A stretch of 64,000 nucleotides of DNA from an uncultured Poribacteria bacterium (GCA_951813565.1 OX638351.1:4384001-4448000), one strand, 5' to 3'; positions 19,600 to 29,881 are shown, counted from the stretch's first letter. Program-made: numbers and translations. The notes: generated by a model from the sequence alone, not told the origin.

Positions 19600-20565
19600 C
19601 TAATCATCATCGTCATCATCGTCGTGGTCGTCGTCATCATCATCGTCGTCATCATCGTGGTCGTCGTCATCATCATCGTCATCATCATCGTGGTCGTCGT
19701 CATCATCATCATCATCGTCGTAATCGTCATCATCGTCGTAATCGTCATCATCATCATCGTCATAACGAAAGTTAGGAAAATCTGCCGGGTCTTGCTGATT
19801 TATCCAATCAATAAAGAGTTGAATTTCCGCATTGGGCAACCGGGGTCCGTCAGGAGGCATTCTCCCTGAAACAATTTCTTCTATAATATCGCTGCTTCGG
19901 GCATTACCTGGGACAAATACATCCTCATCCTCTGCGCTTCTTATGAAAGTTTGGTATGTTCTGAAATCGAGATTGTCGGGTCCATTGGCATCATGACAAC
20001 CAGAATAAGCACACTTTGCTGTGAGGATAGGTAACAGGTGTTGTTCAAAGGAAACTGTCTGGCCAGTCGGTACCGGGGTTTGTGGTTGAGGTGATTCATC
20101 AACGGGAGTATCAACGGTTGCCGCTTGATTATTAATCCAATCAGTAAAAGCTTGGATTTCTGCCTCGCTCAACTTGGGACCACCAAGCGGCATTCTACCT
20201 GAAACAATTTCTGCAATAATAGAACTCCCTTGAGCATCACCTGGAATGAATACAGGTCCTCCATCTCCGCCTTTTATGAAAGCTTGATATGTGCTGAAGT
20301 CAAGGTTTTTTGGTCCTCCAGCGACGTGACAACCCGCATACGCGCATTTTGCGGTGAGAATAGGTGAAAGGTTCTGTTCAAAAGAGACTTCAGCGTTAGC
20401 AGTTTCACCACTTCCCACATGGGGAGACTGTGTGTTAGGAGGCTGTACATCTTCGGATAAAATATTATCGGGCAGTAAAATATTACCTTGCGGAGAATCG
20501 CATCCAAAGAAACAAAATAACAATCCGACGGTTAGCAGGAAAAATCTCTGTATATCTTTAAACAT
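19600..20565 (-). CDS. Lipoprotein with two planctomycete-type cytochrome c domains (CX4CH) and a poly-Asp tail
   Basis: Lipobox FFGC; two repeats of 'VSFEQ.L.PILTAKCAY.GCH...PG.A..S.II.EIVSGRMP...WIN'; 54-aa acidic tail. ATG 20565 follows AAAGG. Confidence 0.82.
   Translation of the reverse strand: MFKDIQRFFLLTVGLLFCFFGCDSPQGNILLPDNILSEDVQPPNTQSPHVGSGETANAEVSFEQNLSPILTAKCAYAGCHVAGGPKNLDFSTYQAFIKGGDGGPVFIPGDAQGSSIIAEIVSGRMPLGGPKLSEAEIQAFTDWINNQAATVDTPVDESPQPQTPVPTGQTVSFEQHLLPILTAKCAYSGCHDANGPDNLDFRTYQTFIRSAEDEDVFVPGNARSSDIIEEIVSGRMPPDGPRLPNAEIQLFIDWINQQDPADFPNFRYDDDDDDDYDDDDDYDDDDDDDDDHDDDDDDDDDDHDDDDDDDDDDHDDDDDDD
19603..19764 (-). repeat. GAT/GAC trinucleotide tract with 33-bp periodicity encoding poly-Asp
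   Basis: Y-D7-Y-D5-Y-D9-H-D10-H-D10-H-D7. Confidence 0.95.
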
Positions 20566-20740
20566 AATAACCAACCTTTCTAATACTGTTTATGGTGAAA
20601 TATGGAAATAATTGGACACCTCACCTGTGAATCAACGCCGAATACGCCAAATCAAGAAATCAATGGTATGAATCATGACGAATGCCATACGGGGAATGCC
20701 AAAGGGCATTCATACCGTTGATTTGGCGCATTCGTCTTTA

Positions 20741-21246
20741 TACCAAATTAACGGGATTTATCGCATTTTCCGGACGGTAGGTGCGGTTTCCTAACCGCTC
20801 CATAACTGTCAATTTAAGAAAAAAAGCGTTTGTAGTCGTGCAATTCATTGCCAAATCAACGCCAAGCGCACTTGGGCGAATACGCGTGGTATTCGCCATG
20901 ACTTGTCGCCTCGGACATTCTGTAGGAGCGAGCTCCAGCTCGCGACCGGGAGGTCGCTCCTACAGAAGAAAATCGGGGTTGAAAACCCGCAGCATGCCGG
21001 ACGCGCATGCTGCGTTGATTTGGACAAATGCCAAAAAGCGCATTTGGCGTTGATTTGGCAGCATGCCGGACGCGCATGCTGCGTTGATTTGGACAAATGC
21101 CAAAAAGCGCATTTGGCGTTGATTTGGCAGCATGCCGGACGCGCATGCTGCGTTGATTCACTCCCACAAGAGGGTATATCCTTAAATTGACGCATAAGGT
21201 ACGTTTTCCTAACTGCTCCATAAATATGAATCAAGTTAATGTGGTA
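20741..21246. mobile_element. IS630-type MITE carrying a nested MITE, REPs and a hairpin-unit array
   Basis: Left end TACCAAATTAACG equals the right end of the IS630 in mod; right end GTTAATGTGGTA; TTA on both flanks. Confidence 0.75.
20989..21158 (+). repeat. Tandem 69-bp repeat (about 2.5 copies) made of two alternating hairpin units
   Basis: GCAGCATGCC starts at 20989, 21058 and 21127. Confidence 0.9.
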
Positions 21247-21648
21247 TTAGTCATTCACCGGGTATGAATGCCGTTTAGGCATTCCCCGTGTGGTATTCGG
21301 CGGGAGCGATCTCCGAATCGCGACTAATGCCACTCGTAGTCGGGAATCGGAGTTCCCTCCTACAGATAAATATATCTAATTAAATCAATAATCTACCATC
21401 AATAGGCATAATTTTTGTAGTGTTGTTTTCAAGTCCAATATTCTTTTATTTTCAACATCATAACTCATAGGAATTGAACAAAGGACACATAACGTTGTGC
21501 AAATATTGTGCCATCTCTTACAATAAGCAGATGCCCGTATCTTGATAAAATTATCTGATTTTTCTGTTCAAAAAATGGACATTTCTGTTCAAAAAATGGA
21601 CAGGGTAATCATCGCTACAAAAATAGGGGTGGAATAGAAATACGATAT

Positions 21649-22383
21649 TCATCCGATGGCTCTTTCATTTGTAGAATCGGTATGGACATTGCTATAGAGC
21701 TCCGTTCCCTTTTTATTACAAAATACCAATATGAACAGGTTTTCTTCTGCTTGTTCTACATCTTTACAAAAGAGATGTTTCTCAATGAGATACTTAGCAA
21801 ATGCGACTGTCCAAAAATAGGAGGGGTAGAAGAACGTCCCTTTGTCAGGAATTGTGCTGTGTCCTCCCTTTAAACCGGTCAGTGCATCGTAGCGATCCAG
21901 AAAAGCTGCCTGACCCGCTCTCTTGATAAATTCATCATGCATAAATACAACAAAAAGACCGTTATTCGATAAAATCTGTTTTAGTTGAACTGTCATGTTT
22001 TCCAGCGCCTGATATGATACCTCAACTATATTTGAAGGGAATAGTGCAAGATCGAAAGAATTCTCTTTGTAAGGTAGAGAACCTATATCTCCAATATTAA
22101 ATTGACATTGACTTTTTCTATTATGTGCTACCTTTTTTGCGTGGCGGATTGGAATTTCTGCACAGTCAATGCCGGTTGCTATCGCCCCCATATCTTCCAT
22201 AGCAAAGGTGCACCGTCCTGCATTGCAGCCTAAGTCTAATGCACGCATGCCGGGCTGTATCAACTTACACAAGTGTTTTGCATATCTATCAAAAACAAAT
22301 TGCGATTTCGGATTATCAGGGTCAGTTGTCGGGTGAACACCTGATGCGTTGTATAATTTCTGGATCGCATTAATTGTATCCAT
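21649..22383 (-). CDS. Class I SAM-dependent methyltransferase
   Basis: 'ALDLGCNAG', 'TGID', 'GDIGSLPYKENSFDL'. Confidence 0.88.
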   Translation of the reverse strand: MDTINAIQKLYNASGVHPTTDPDNPKSQFVFDRYAKHLCKLIQPGMRALDLGCNAGRCTFAMEDMGAIATGIDCAEIPIRHAKKVAHNRKSQCQFNIGDIGSLPYKENSFDLALFPSNIVEVSYQALENMTVQLKQILSNNGLFVVFMHDEFIKRAGQAAFLDRYDALTGLKGGHSTIPDKGTFFYPSYFWTVAFAKYLIEKHLFCKDVEQAEENLFILVFCNKKGTELYSNVHTDSTNERAIG

Positions 22384-22820
22384 ATTTTGCTTTTCCTTTA
22401 TCTATGAGTTGTGTAGGATTATGTAGTTTGCTCGTTTCAGGCGTTACAATGTTTGTAGCGTATCACATAAATCAGATTTGTTAGACTTTGTTTTATTTAA
22501 CGCTCACTCATGTTGTAGGGCGGGTCCCGGGGAATGCCGAAGGCATTCATACCGTTGATTTTTTGATTTGGTGCCCGCCCGTTGTTCTATCCTCAAGACA
22601 TGGCGAGGCACAGAGACCTCGCCCTACAAATGATTTGGCTCATGTAAAGAATGAGTGCTAATCAAAAGGTTTAACCCGCGTGGTCATTGCCTTCATTAAA
22701 AACAACCGCACACACTTTTTACATGAGCGAATGATTTATGAGATAGTTTGTAGTAGCAATTTATTATCCGTTCTGTAGCGATTCAAACTTGTGTAAGTCC
22801 TATTGTATATTAGTTAATAA

Positions 22821-23390
22821 CTAAAAATGAAGTTGAAGGAGGGGTTTAACCTTTATCTGCTGATAGGTTTCCTCTGTGACAAACCCTGAGAAGAACGGCG
22901 TGAAAAACGCGTCAGCGATATCCAAAAATATAGGCAGATTTATTCCCATATAATCCCCGTTTGCGTCACCGCATTCAACGACAACTTGCCGTAATTTATC
23001 GCGTCCAGCAGTAGAAAGCGTCCGCAACGGTCGCAGCATTCGCATGTGGTATTTGATTAGCGAGGCAGACACCTGAATTAACCCTTGCAGAAAAAGCCGA
23101 TACGTATCTTCCGCTTGATGCCATAATCCTTCCCATGCTTCATGTGCTTCCCACCAGTATGCAAAGTTATAGAGATCAACACCGTATAAGTACGCTTCGT
23201 TCTGTTTCCACATTTCTGGTGGAAGCGGTGTGTCGTCAAGTTCTTCTTCCATGCCGTAACTGTGTCCGAGCGGATCACGAATCGGATGCGGTGTAACGCC
23301 TGGTATATGACGGTATGGTGGAAAAGGCATTTGTGGACAATACCGATGCCAATTGGTATCAAAAGGTTGGGGTTGTTTGTGGATGTCCAT
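22821..23390 (-). CDS. DUF309 family protein
   Basis: 'GVDLYN..YWWEAHEAWEGLW', 'LQGLIQ'. Confidence 0.85.
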   Translation of the reverse strand: MDIHKQPQPFDTNWHRYCPQMPFPPYRHIPGVTPHPIRDPLGHSYGMEEELDDTPLPPEMWKQNEAYLYGVDLYNFAYWWEAHEAWEGLWHQAEDTYRLFLQGLIQVSASLIKYHMRMLRPLRTLSTAGRDKLRQVVVECGDANGDYMGINLPIFLDIADAFFTPFFSGFVTEETYQQIKVKPLLQLHF

Positions 23391-23408
23391 ATTTTACTAT
23401 AATCTGGA

Positions 23409-24767
23409 TTATCTACCCACGCCTATGTAATGAAATCCTGCACTTCTTGCCTCTTGTGGTGAAAAAACGTTGCGTCCATCAATGAGAATCGGTGTTTTCA
23501 TCTGTTTGGCAAGTTTGCGGAGTTCAAGTCTATGGTAAAACTCCCATTCAGTAACAAGCACAAGCGCATCCGCATCGTGAGCAAGCAAGTACACGTCTTC
23601 AATGAAGTCAACACAGATTTCACTCATGGTCTGCTGTGTGTTTGGCATAGCGATAGGGTCGTGAGCGCGAACATTTGCACCTTCAGCAATGAGTTGACGG
23701 ATGATATCAAGTGAGGGAGCCTCTCGAATATCGTCTGTATTTGGCTTAAAGGCAAGTCCGAGAATTCCGATAGTTTTCCCGCTGAACGTTTTCAAAACGT
23801 CACGCAATTTTTTAACGATTCGTGTACGCTGTTGAAAGTTGACGGTTCGGGCAGCTTCTGTAATTGGCATCTCATATCCAGCTTGGGCAGCAACATTCAA
23901 TAAAGCAGCAGTATCCTTCGGATAGCAGCTACCACCCCAACCAAGACCGGCGCGGAGGAATCTATGTCCGATACGCGAGTCAAGCCCAATACCACGTGCC
24001 ACCTCCGTCACATCCGCATCAACTTCTTCACAGAGACCGGCAATTTCGTTAATGAAACTAATTTTTAGGGCGAGAAAAGTATTGGCAGCGTATTTTATCA
24101 TCTCTGCACTGTTCGGGTCTGTTGTCATCATCGGTGGAAGGTGGTAAGCAGCGGGCCGTGGTAACGAAGGCGGTGGGTCAAATGTCTGTTCCAATATCGG
24201 TTGATATAGGTGTCGTAAATCATCTAAAGCATCATTGCTGTTTGCACCTACGACAATCCGATCTGGATAGAATGCCCCTTGCAGTGCCAAGCCTTCTTGC
24301 AAAAACTCTGGATTGGAAGCCACCGAAATATTACCCCGCATCTTGCGCTCTGAAAAGACACTTTCGACTACCTCTGCAACACGTCTATTTGTGCCGATAG
24401 GCACAGTGGATTTGACAACAAGGGTATAGTGTCTCTCTGGATGGCATACTTCTGCGACTTCTCTTGCGGCTTCTTCCACGTGCCGTGTGTCTGCCTCTCC
24501 ATTCTTTTTCGGTGGTGTGCCAACAGCAATCATAATAAGTTCTGCGTCTGGGACCACTTCAGCAACGCTTGGTGTGAAACGGATAGTGTGGCATACTTCG
24601 TCAAGGAGAGACTGAATTCCGGGTTCATGGATAGGACTTTTTCCGTCTTGCAAAAGGCTAAGTTTGTTGTTGTCTTTGTCAACTGCGGCGACATCGTGGT
24701 TAAGATAGGCGAGTACCGCTGCTGTCGTCAATCCTACGTATCCTGTCCCTATAATTGTTACTTTCAT
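23409..24767 (-). CDS. ugd: UDP-glucose/GDP-mannose dehydrogenase
   Basis: 'IIGTGYVG', 'KSTVP', 'NPEFL', 'AEMIKY', 'GWGGSCYPKD', 'FKPNTDD.RE'. ATG follows GAGGAGG. Confidence 0.95.
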   Translation of the reverse strand: MKVTIIGTGYVGLTTAAVLAYLNHDVAAVDKDNNKLSLLQDGKSPIHEPGIQSLLDEVCHTIRFTPSVAEVVPDAELIMIAVGTPPKKNGEADTRHVEEAAREVAEVCHPERHYTLVVKSTVPIGTNRRVAEVVESVFSERKMRGNISVASNPEFLQEGLALQGAFYPDRIVVGANSNDALDDLRHLYQPILEQTFDPPPSLPRPAAYHLPPMMTTDPNSAEMIKYAANTFLALKISFINEIAGLCEEVDADVTEVARGIGLDSRIGHRFLRAGLGWGGSCYPKDTAALLNVAAQAGYEMPITEAARTVNFQQRTRIVKKLRDVLKTFSGKTIGILGLAFKPNTDDIREAPSLDIIRQLIAEGANVRAHDPIAMPNTQQTMSEICVDFIEDVYLLAHDADALVLVTEWEFYHRLELRKLAKQMKTPILIDGRNVFSPQEARSAGFHYIGVGR

Positions 24768-24914
24768 ATACCTCCTCAAGCGAAACGGTTTCTTGCCAAA
24801 CGAGTTGGTGTCTTGGCAGGAATTAGCAATACGAGGTTTGAAATTGTCTTTTTTTTAGATAACATGTAGATTATAGCATATCTGCCGTCTTTGCGTCAGT
24901 TATAATGTATAGTA

Positions 24915-24943
24915 TTGACATTTTTCAGAAGCAAATATAAAAT
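24915..24943 (+). promoter_or_regulatory. Sigma70-like promoter of the MurJ-like gene
   Basis: TTGACA-17 bp-TAAAAT. Confidence 0.55.
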
Positions 24944-25036
24944 ATTCTATACCGATGAATTAATTTTAAAACACTTTAGCAGTGCCCAAAACGCAATTTT
25001 ACACAGATGCGATGAATGATTTAACTCCACCACTTC

Positions 25037-26371
25037 ATGTCGAATAATGATTCACAACCCCAAACGTCTCTCCTCAAAGACGTTCTACTGATTACACCCC
25101 TTAGTCTCATAGGACGTGTCGGTACACTTCTCATCTCCGTTGCACTTGCCAATTGGTTCGGCGATACTGCAGAGATGGATTTTATCTATTATTATTGGGT
25201 CATTGCTGCATTCCTGATTGAGTTACTCAGTGCTGCTTCTGCATATTCCGTCCTTGTTCCTTTGTTAGCTGAGGCGCGAGCGAAAGGTGAAATTGAGGCA
25301 CAACGTTGTGTTCAATCCATTCTCTCTCGTTATATAACGCTTATACCGTGGCTCTGCTGTCTATTAGTTGCGATTTCATGGGGAATCTCGCAACTCTTTT
25401 TTCCAAACGCGGGGCTTACGAATTCCGCTGCAATTGGTATTGTCTGTGGATTTCTCATCTTTACGGTAATTGCATCTGCCCGCTGGATGCTTAGGGCAAT
25501 TTTAGACACCTACCAGGTATTTCATCTCCCCGTGATTGTGCAAGGTCTACGCGCTGTCATTGTTATTGGAACAATTTTTCTATGTAAACCTTATATAAGT
25601 TGGTTTTGCATTCCGCTTGCCCTCATCATCGGCGAGTCGTTTCAAACGATAATTCTATTCCAACGGTGCTGTGTCGTTTTAAAATTACCCTTGCGCGACT
25701 TATTTAGAGTCACACAAAGCCACTCGGATGCAGATAGATTTCCATACGCTAAACAATTTCTGCAACAATGCCTTTTGATGATGGGAGCAGCAATATCAGA
25801 TGGATTGAATCCCGTTGTTGACAGAGGTATGGCAAGTTCACTCGGCACAAGTTCAGTTTCAAAACTTTACTATGCCCTCCGTTTATGTGCCATCCCTGAA
25901 TCGCTCACAGGGGGGACGCTTCCCGTGCTGCTTTCTCATTGGGCAAAAATATCTTCATCAGATAATGGAAAAAAAATGCAGCAAAGTGTCTGGAGGGGTG
26001 TAGTAGTAGTGATCTTTTTGATGGTGCCGTTTCTAATCGGATTCTATATTTTCCGATCAAATATTGTGGCACTATTATATGGGCATGGGAGATTGTCTGT
26101 AGAGGCACAAAGTCATATTGCTTCCCTGCTTGGTACTTACCTGATTGGAACACTTCCGAGAATAATTAGCAGGCTGCTTATACGCGCGCATTTGGCGCGT
26201 CAGAATCACCTGACGGTTGTTACGGCAACACTTATTAGGCTCGTCCTGAATCCGGTTCTCAATTGGATTTTTATGCAGTATTGGGGATTAGAAGGTATTG
26301 CTTGGTCAACCACTTTGCTTTCTTATCCGATTCTTGCGTATATTGCAATTGAATTCTGGCGCAAAAGCTAA
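25037..26371 (+). CDS. MurJ/MviN-like MOP-superfamily flippase
   Basis: About 12 TM segments; 'FG.T.E.D', 'VVDR.MAS.LG..SVS.L.YA.RL', 'LLYGHG.L', 'G.EG.A'. Confidence 0.8.
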   Translation: MSNNDSQPQTSLLKDVLLITPLSLIGRVGTLLISVALANWFGDTAEMDFIYYYWVIAAFLIELLSAASAYSVLVPLLAEARAKGEIEAQRCVQSILSRYITLIPWLCCLLVAISWGISQLFFPNAGLTNSAAIGIVCGFLIFTVIASARWMLRAILDTYQVFHLPVIVQGLRAVIVIGTIFLCKPYISWFCIPLALIIGESFQTIILFQRCCVVLKLPLRDLFRVTQSHSDADRFPYAKQFLQQCLLMMGAAISDGLNPVVDRGMASSLGTSSVSKLYYALRLCAIPESLTGGTLPVLLSHWAKISSSDNGKKMQQSVWRGVVVVIFLMVPFLIGFYIFRSNIVALLYGHGRLSVEAQSHIASLLGTYLIGTLPRIISRLLIRAHLARQNHLTVVTATLIRLVLNPVLNWIFMQYWGLEGIAWSTTLLSYPILAYIAIEFWRKS

Positions 26372-27084
26372 ACTTCTGAAAAACGTTCTGGGTAGTTTGA
26401 TGTGATACCTTGGACTCCAAAAGCGATCACCTGACGCATACGATCAATATCGTCGACTGTCCAACTCCACAGTGCGATACCACGCCGACGGATTTCATAA
26501 GCGAATTCTTCAGTTACCAGTTGGTGATTGACATTAAGTAAGCTGCTGCCGAGTTCGCTGATTTGTTGACACAGTTGGATCGGATCTCTATGTCCGTTGT
26601 TACTTCCGATAAGCCATCCTGTTGGAATGCGTGGCTCTAAAGTGCGAACGGTTTGCAGAACAGAGGTGTGAAAAGATATAATGACGGTGAGTTCAAGTAG
26701 ATCCATCTCTTTGATTTTTTGGACAACAGCGGCGGCTATAGTTTCATCCTTAATTTCCAAAACTGCAATTGCATTGTCTGTAATACATGCTAATGCTTCT
26801 GCAAGCATCGGTACCGGTTCACCTTCAAACTCAGGATTGAACCATGCACCTGCATCGGCACGTTTGATAACCTCTAAGGTCGTTTGTTTAATTGGGCCGC
26901 TCAGGTTCGTTGTTCGATCCAAGGAAGCGTCGTGTATTACAACAATTTCACCGTCCGCTGTGCCGTGTAGGTCAAGTTCAACGGCATCCACGCCGATTTC
27001 AATTGCTTTCTTGAATGCTGCGAGTGTATTTTCCGGGGCGATTCCCGATGCACCACGGTGCGCTATCCGAATCCACGAGTTCAT
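26368..27084 (-). CDS. Glycerophosphodiester phosphodiesterase
   Basis: 'IAHRGAS..APENTL', 'ELDL...DG..VV.HD', 'LEIK', 'WTVD', 'ITSNYP'. Confidence 0.93.
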   Translation of the reverse strand: MNSWIRIAHRGASGIAPENTLAAFKKAIEIGVDAVELDLHGTADGEIVVIHDASLDRTTNLSGPIKQTTLEVIKRADAGAWFNPEFEGEPVPMLAEALACITDNAIAVLEIKDETIAAAVVQKIKEMDLLELTVIISFHTSVLQTVRTLEPRIPTGWLIGSNNGHRDPIQLCQQISELGSSLLNVNHQLVTEEFAYEIRRRGIALWSWTVDDIDRMRQVIAFGVQGITSNYPERFSEV

Positions 27085-27090
27085 AACGTT

Positions 27091-28524
27091 CTATTTCCTG
27101 CTATTTTCATCACCTTGTTGTTTTATCTTTTTTATGAGAGTCGTCCGACTGATACCAAGCAATTCTGCGGTTTTGCTATGATTGTCCGAGCATTCATCTA
27201 ACGCTAATTCAATCAGTGCTTTATCCAACAGTGTGACAACATCATCGTAGAGTTGCTGGCTACCTTCAGCAATCGCAGCTTTAGTAATCCCGCGTAAAAC
27301 AGATTTGAGAGAGGTTTCTAAATGTGAGGAATCAGAGGTGAGGGTATGTCCTGTGTGTATTTCGGAGGGTAGGTCATCTGGCAAAATTACATCTGATCGC
27401 GAAAGTGTTGCAGCGCTTCTGAGGCAGTTTTCTAACTCGCGGACGTTACCGGGCCACGCATAATTTTGTATCAGTTTCATGCCCTCTTCTGATATGCCAC
27501 GGATCGGTTTGCCGAGTTCGTCTTGGATAAGTTGTAGGAAGTGGGTGACAAGCAACGGAATATCTTCTTGCCGTTCTCGTAGAGGCGGGAGATGGAGTGA
27601 GATGCGTTTGAAGCGGTAGTAGAGATCAGCACGGAATTCTCCGAGTTTGACCATTTCTCCGAGTTCCCGATTAGTAGCGGCAATGACGCGCACATCTACC
27701 TTAAGGGTTCGCGTGCCACCTAACCTCTCAATCTCTTGCGTTTGTAATGTGCGTAGCAACTTTACTTGCAAAGCAGGACTCATATTAGCAACTTCATCAA
27801 GGAAAAGCGTACCACTATCTGCTAATTCAAATCGTCCGGGTTTTCCCTGCGCTTTTGCACCTGTGAATGCGCCTGCTTCGTAGCCAAACAACTCGCTTTC
27901 CAAAAGTTCATCTGGAAGTGCCCCACAATCAATTGGGACGAATGGTTTATCTTTCCGTTCACTCCCCATGTGAATTGCACGGGCAACGAGGTCTTTTCCT
28001 GTTCCTGTTTCGCCTTCAATTAGCACTGTTGTAGCGTTGCTCGCCATCACCCCGATGAGTTTGTAAATTTCGCGCATCTGCTCGCTTTTTCCAACGAGTC
28101 GATGCTCTCGTTGCTCCGCTGGGGAATCGCTGTCTGTTTCCACAGGCAGAGTGCTTCGGACAGATTGCGTACGAAAAGCACGTTCAAGCACGCCTTTGAC
28201 GACATCTAAATCAATCGGTTTCGGGACAAAATCGAATGCATGTAGACGCATTGCTTCTATTGTCGTTTCTACATCATCATAAGCAGTAATTATAACTACA
28301 ATTACCCACGGATGGTGAGCCTTAATTTCCGCCAACGCCTCCAAGCCGCTCATTCCCGGGAGTCCAACATCAAGTAAAACAACATCCGGTTTGTCAGAAG
28401 TGATACGACGTAAGCCTTCCTCGGCACTGTTCGCGATGGTAGGATTATAACCTTCACCTTCAAGGAACTGCTTAAATGCCCAACAGATTTTCTCATCGTC
28501 GTCAATTACCAATACATTTTTCAT
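27091..28524 (-). CDS. Sigma-54-dependent response regulator (NtrC/AtoC family)
   Basis: REC domain, Walker A 'GETGTGKD', 'GAFTGA', 'FLDEV', 'WPGNVREL', Fis-type HTH. Confidence 0.95.
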   Translation of the reverse strand: MKNVLVIDDDEKICWAFKQFLEGEGYNPTIANSAEEGLRRITSDKPDVVLLDVGLPGMSGLEALAEIKAHHPWVIVVIITAYDDVETTIEAMRLHAFDFVPKPIDLDVVKGVLERAFRTQSVRSTLPVETDSDSPAEQREHRLVGKSEQMREIYKLIGVMASNATTVLIEGETGTGKDLVARAIHMGSERKDKPFVPIDCGALPDELLESELFGYEAGAFTGAKAQGKPGRFELADSGTLFLDEVANMSPALQVKLLRTLQTQEIERLGGTRTLKVDVRVIAATNRELGEMVKLGEFRADLYYRFKRISLHLPPLRERQEDIPLLVTHFLQLIQDELGKPIRGISEEGMKLIQNYAWPGNVRELENCLRSAATLSRSDVILPDDLPSEIHTGHTLTSDSSHLETSLKSVLRGITKAAIAEGSQQLYDDVVTLLDKALIELALDECSDNHSKTAELLGISRTTLIKKIKQQGDENSRK

Positions 28525-28561
28525 GATGCTGTCCTTCACCTGTTTTACATTCCCACGTCTT

Positions 28562-29836
28562 TTACCGTTTCCCGCCCTCTATTGAAAGCAGAAACTTTTT
28601 TCCATCGTCGCTCATCTCAGGTTCACCTGCCTCCGTTGTCTGTTTTTCAAGTTTTTTCTTCAGAACAGGGTAAGAATCCACTACGGGAGTTTCGCTAAGA
28701 GATGTCAGAGCCGGTTTACGGGCTTCAGCTCCTGTGACTGCTCCAACAAGGCGTTCATTTTTTTCTGCTACATATCCAGCATCTCGTGCTTTGAAATCTG
28801 GTAAAACCCTATCGGCAAATAGTGCTAACGATTCACATATATCTTCATGTTGATTCATACCTGCTTGCTGAATGAAGACGACCTGATCTACGCCTGCGTC
28901 CTCCATTATTTCTAAATGTTCGCGGACTTGGTCGGGAGTGCCGATTCCTGCGCGTGCTTCAGCAGGGTCTTGCTTTGATTGTTTATACAATTTCCAGATA
29001 TCTGTTTCACCCGGAACTTGTGAACCGTTATAATAGTAATGTGCAAGCGCAAATCGGAAGAAACGTAAACCGTCTAAACCGCGCGCGAGCGCTACCTCCT
29101 CGTTTTCATGGCAGGAAAAACCGGACACCATAGCGATGTTCGGGTTCACCCTTTGTGTTAGCGGCGTGCATTCGTTTTCAAAGATTTCATAATACTCTTC
29201 CACCCAGAATTTTGCTTCGTTTGCATCAACAAAGGCGAAGGTAAGTGCGCCTAATCCGTATCTGGCGGCGTATCGGAGACTGTCTCGACTGGAGCAGGCT
29301 ACCCATGGTGGCGGGTGTGGTGTTTGTAACGGCTTCGGAATAACATTGCGAGGCGGCATTGAAAAATGTTTTCCATCATAACCTGCATAGGGGGACTGTG
29401 TCATCATTTTGGCAGTTTCGCGCGTGCATTCTTCCCACATCTCACGTTTGCACTTTGGGTCAACTTTGAATCCGCCGAGTTCCATGTGTGAGGCAGACTC
29501 ACCTGTTCCCCACTCTACGCGTCCGTTTGACACTAAGTCGAGTGTAGAGATGCGTTCGGCTACACGTGCTGGATGGTTGTATGCTGGCGGCATCAGAACG
29601 ATACCATGGCCTAACCGTATTTGCTTTGTTCGTTGGCTGCATGCTGCAAGGAATACCTCGGGTGCTGAAGAGTGCGAATACTCTTCAAGGAAGTGATGTT
29701 CTACTTCCCAAATATAGTCAAACCCAAGTTTGTCCGCCAGTTCGACTTGTGCTAACGCGTCTTGAAAAAGTTTGTGTTCAGCGCCTTCACGCCATGGACG
29801 GGGAATTTGGTGTTCATAAAACAACCCAAATTTCAT
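28562..29836 (-). CDS. Luciferase-like (LLM) flavin-dependent oxidoreductase
   Basis: 'MKFGLFYE', 'W.VEHHF..EYSHS', 'HPARVAE', 'LD.VS.GR'. Confidence 0.92.
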   Translation of the reverse strand: MKFGLFYEHQIPRPWREGAEHKLFQDALAQVELADKLGFDYIWEVEHHFLEEYSHSSAPEVFLAACSQRTKQIRLGHGIVLMPPAYNHPARVAERISTLDLVSNGRVEWGTGESASHMELGGFKVDPKCKREMWEECTRETAKMMTQSPYAGYDGKHFSMPPRNVIPKPLQTPHPPPWVACSSRDSLRYAARYGLGALTFAFVDANEAKFWVEEYYEIFENECTPLTQRVNPNIAMVSGFSCHENEEVALARGLDGLRFFRFALAHYYYNGSQVPGETDIWKLYKQSKQDPAEARAGIGTPDQVREHLEIMEDAGVDQVVFIQQAGMNQHEDICESLALFADRVLPDFKARDAGYVAEKNERLVGAVTGAEARKPALTSLSETPVVDSYPVLKKKLEKQTTEAGEPEMSDDGKKFLLSIEGGKR

Positions 29837-29881
29837 GCGTTTATGGTGTTTCCTTTCTCATACTAATTTTATGGTGTAGAT

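Noticed and set aside
19438..19869. Poly-Ile/Val, poly-His/Arg and poly-Met/Thr ORFs
   Set aside because: Alternative-frame shadows of the poly-Asp tract.
20989..21158. Possible CRISPR array
   Set aside because: The units are alternating near-identical hairpins with no unique spacers, and there are no cas genes in the window.
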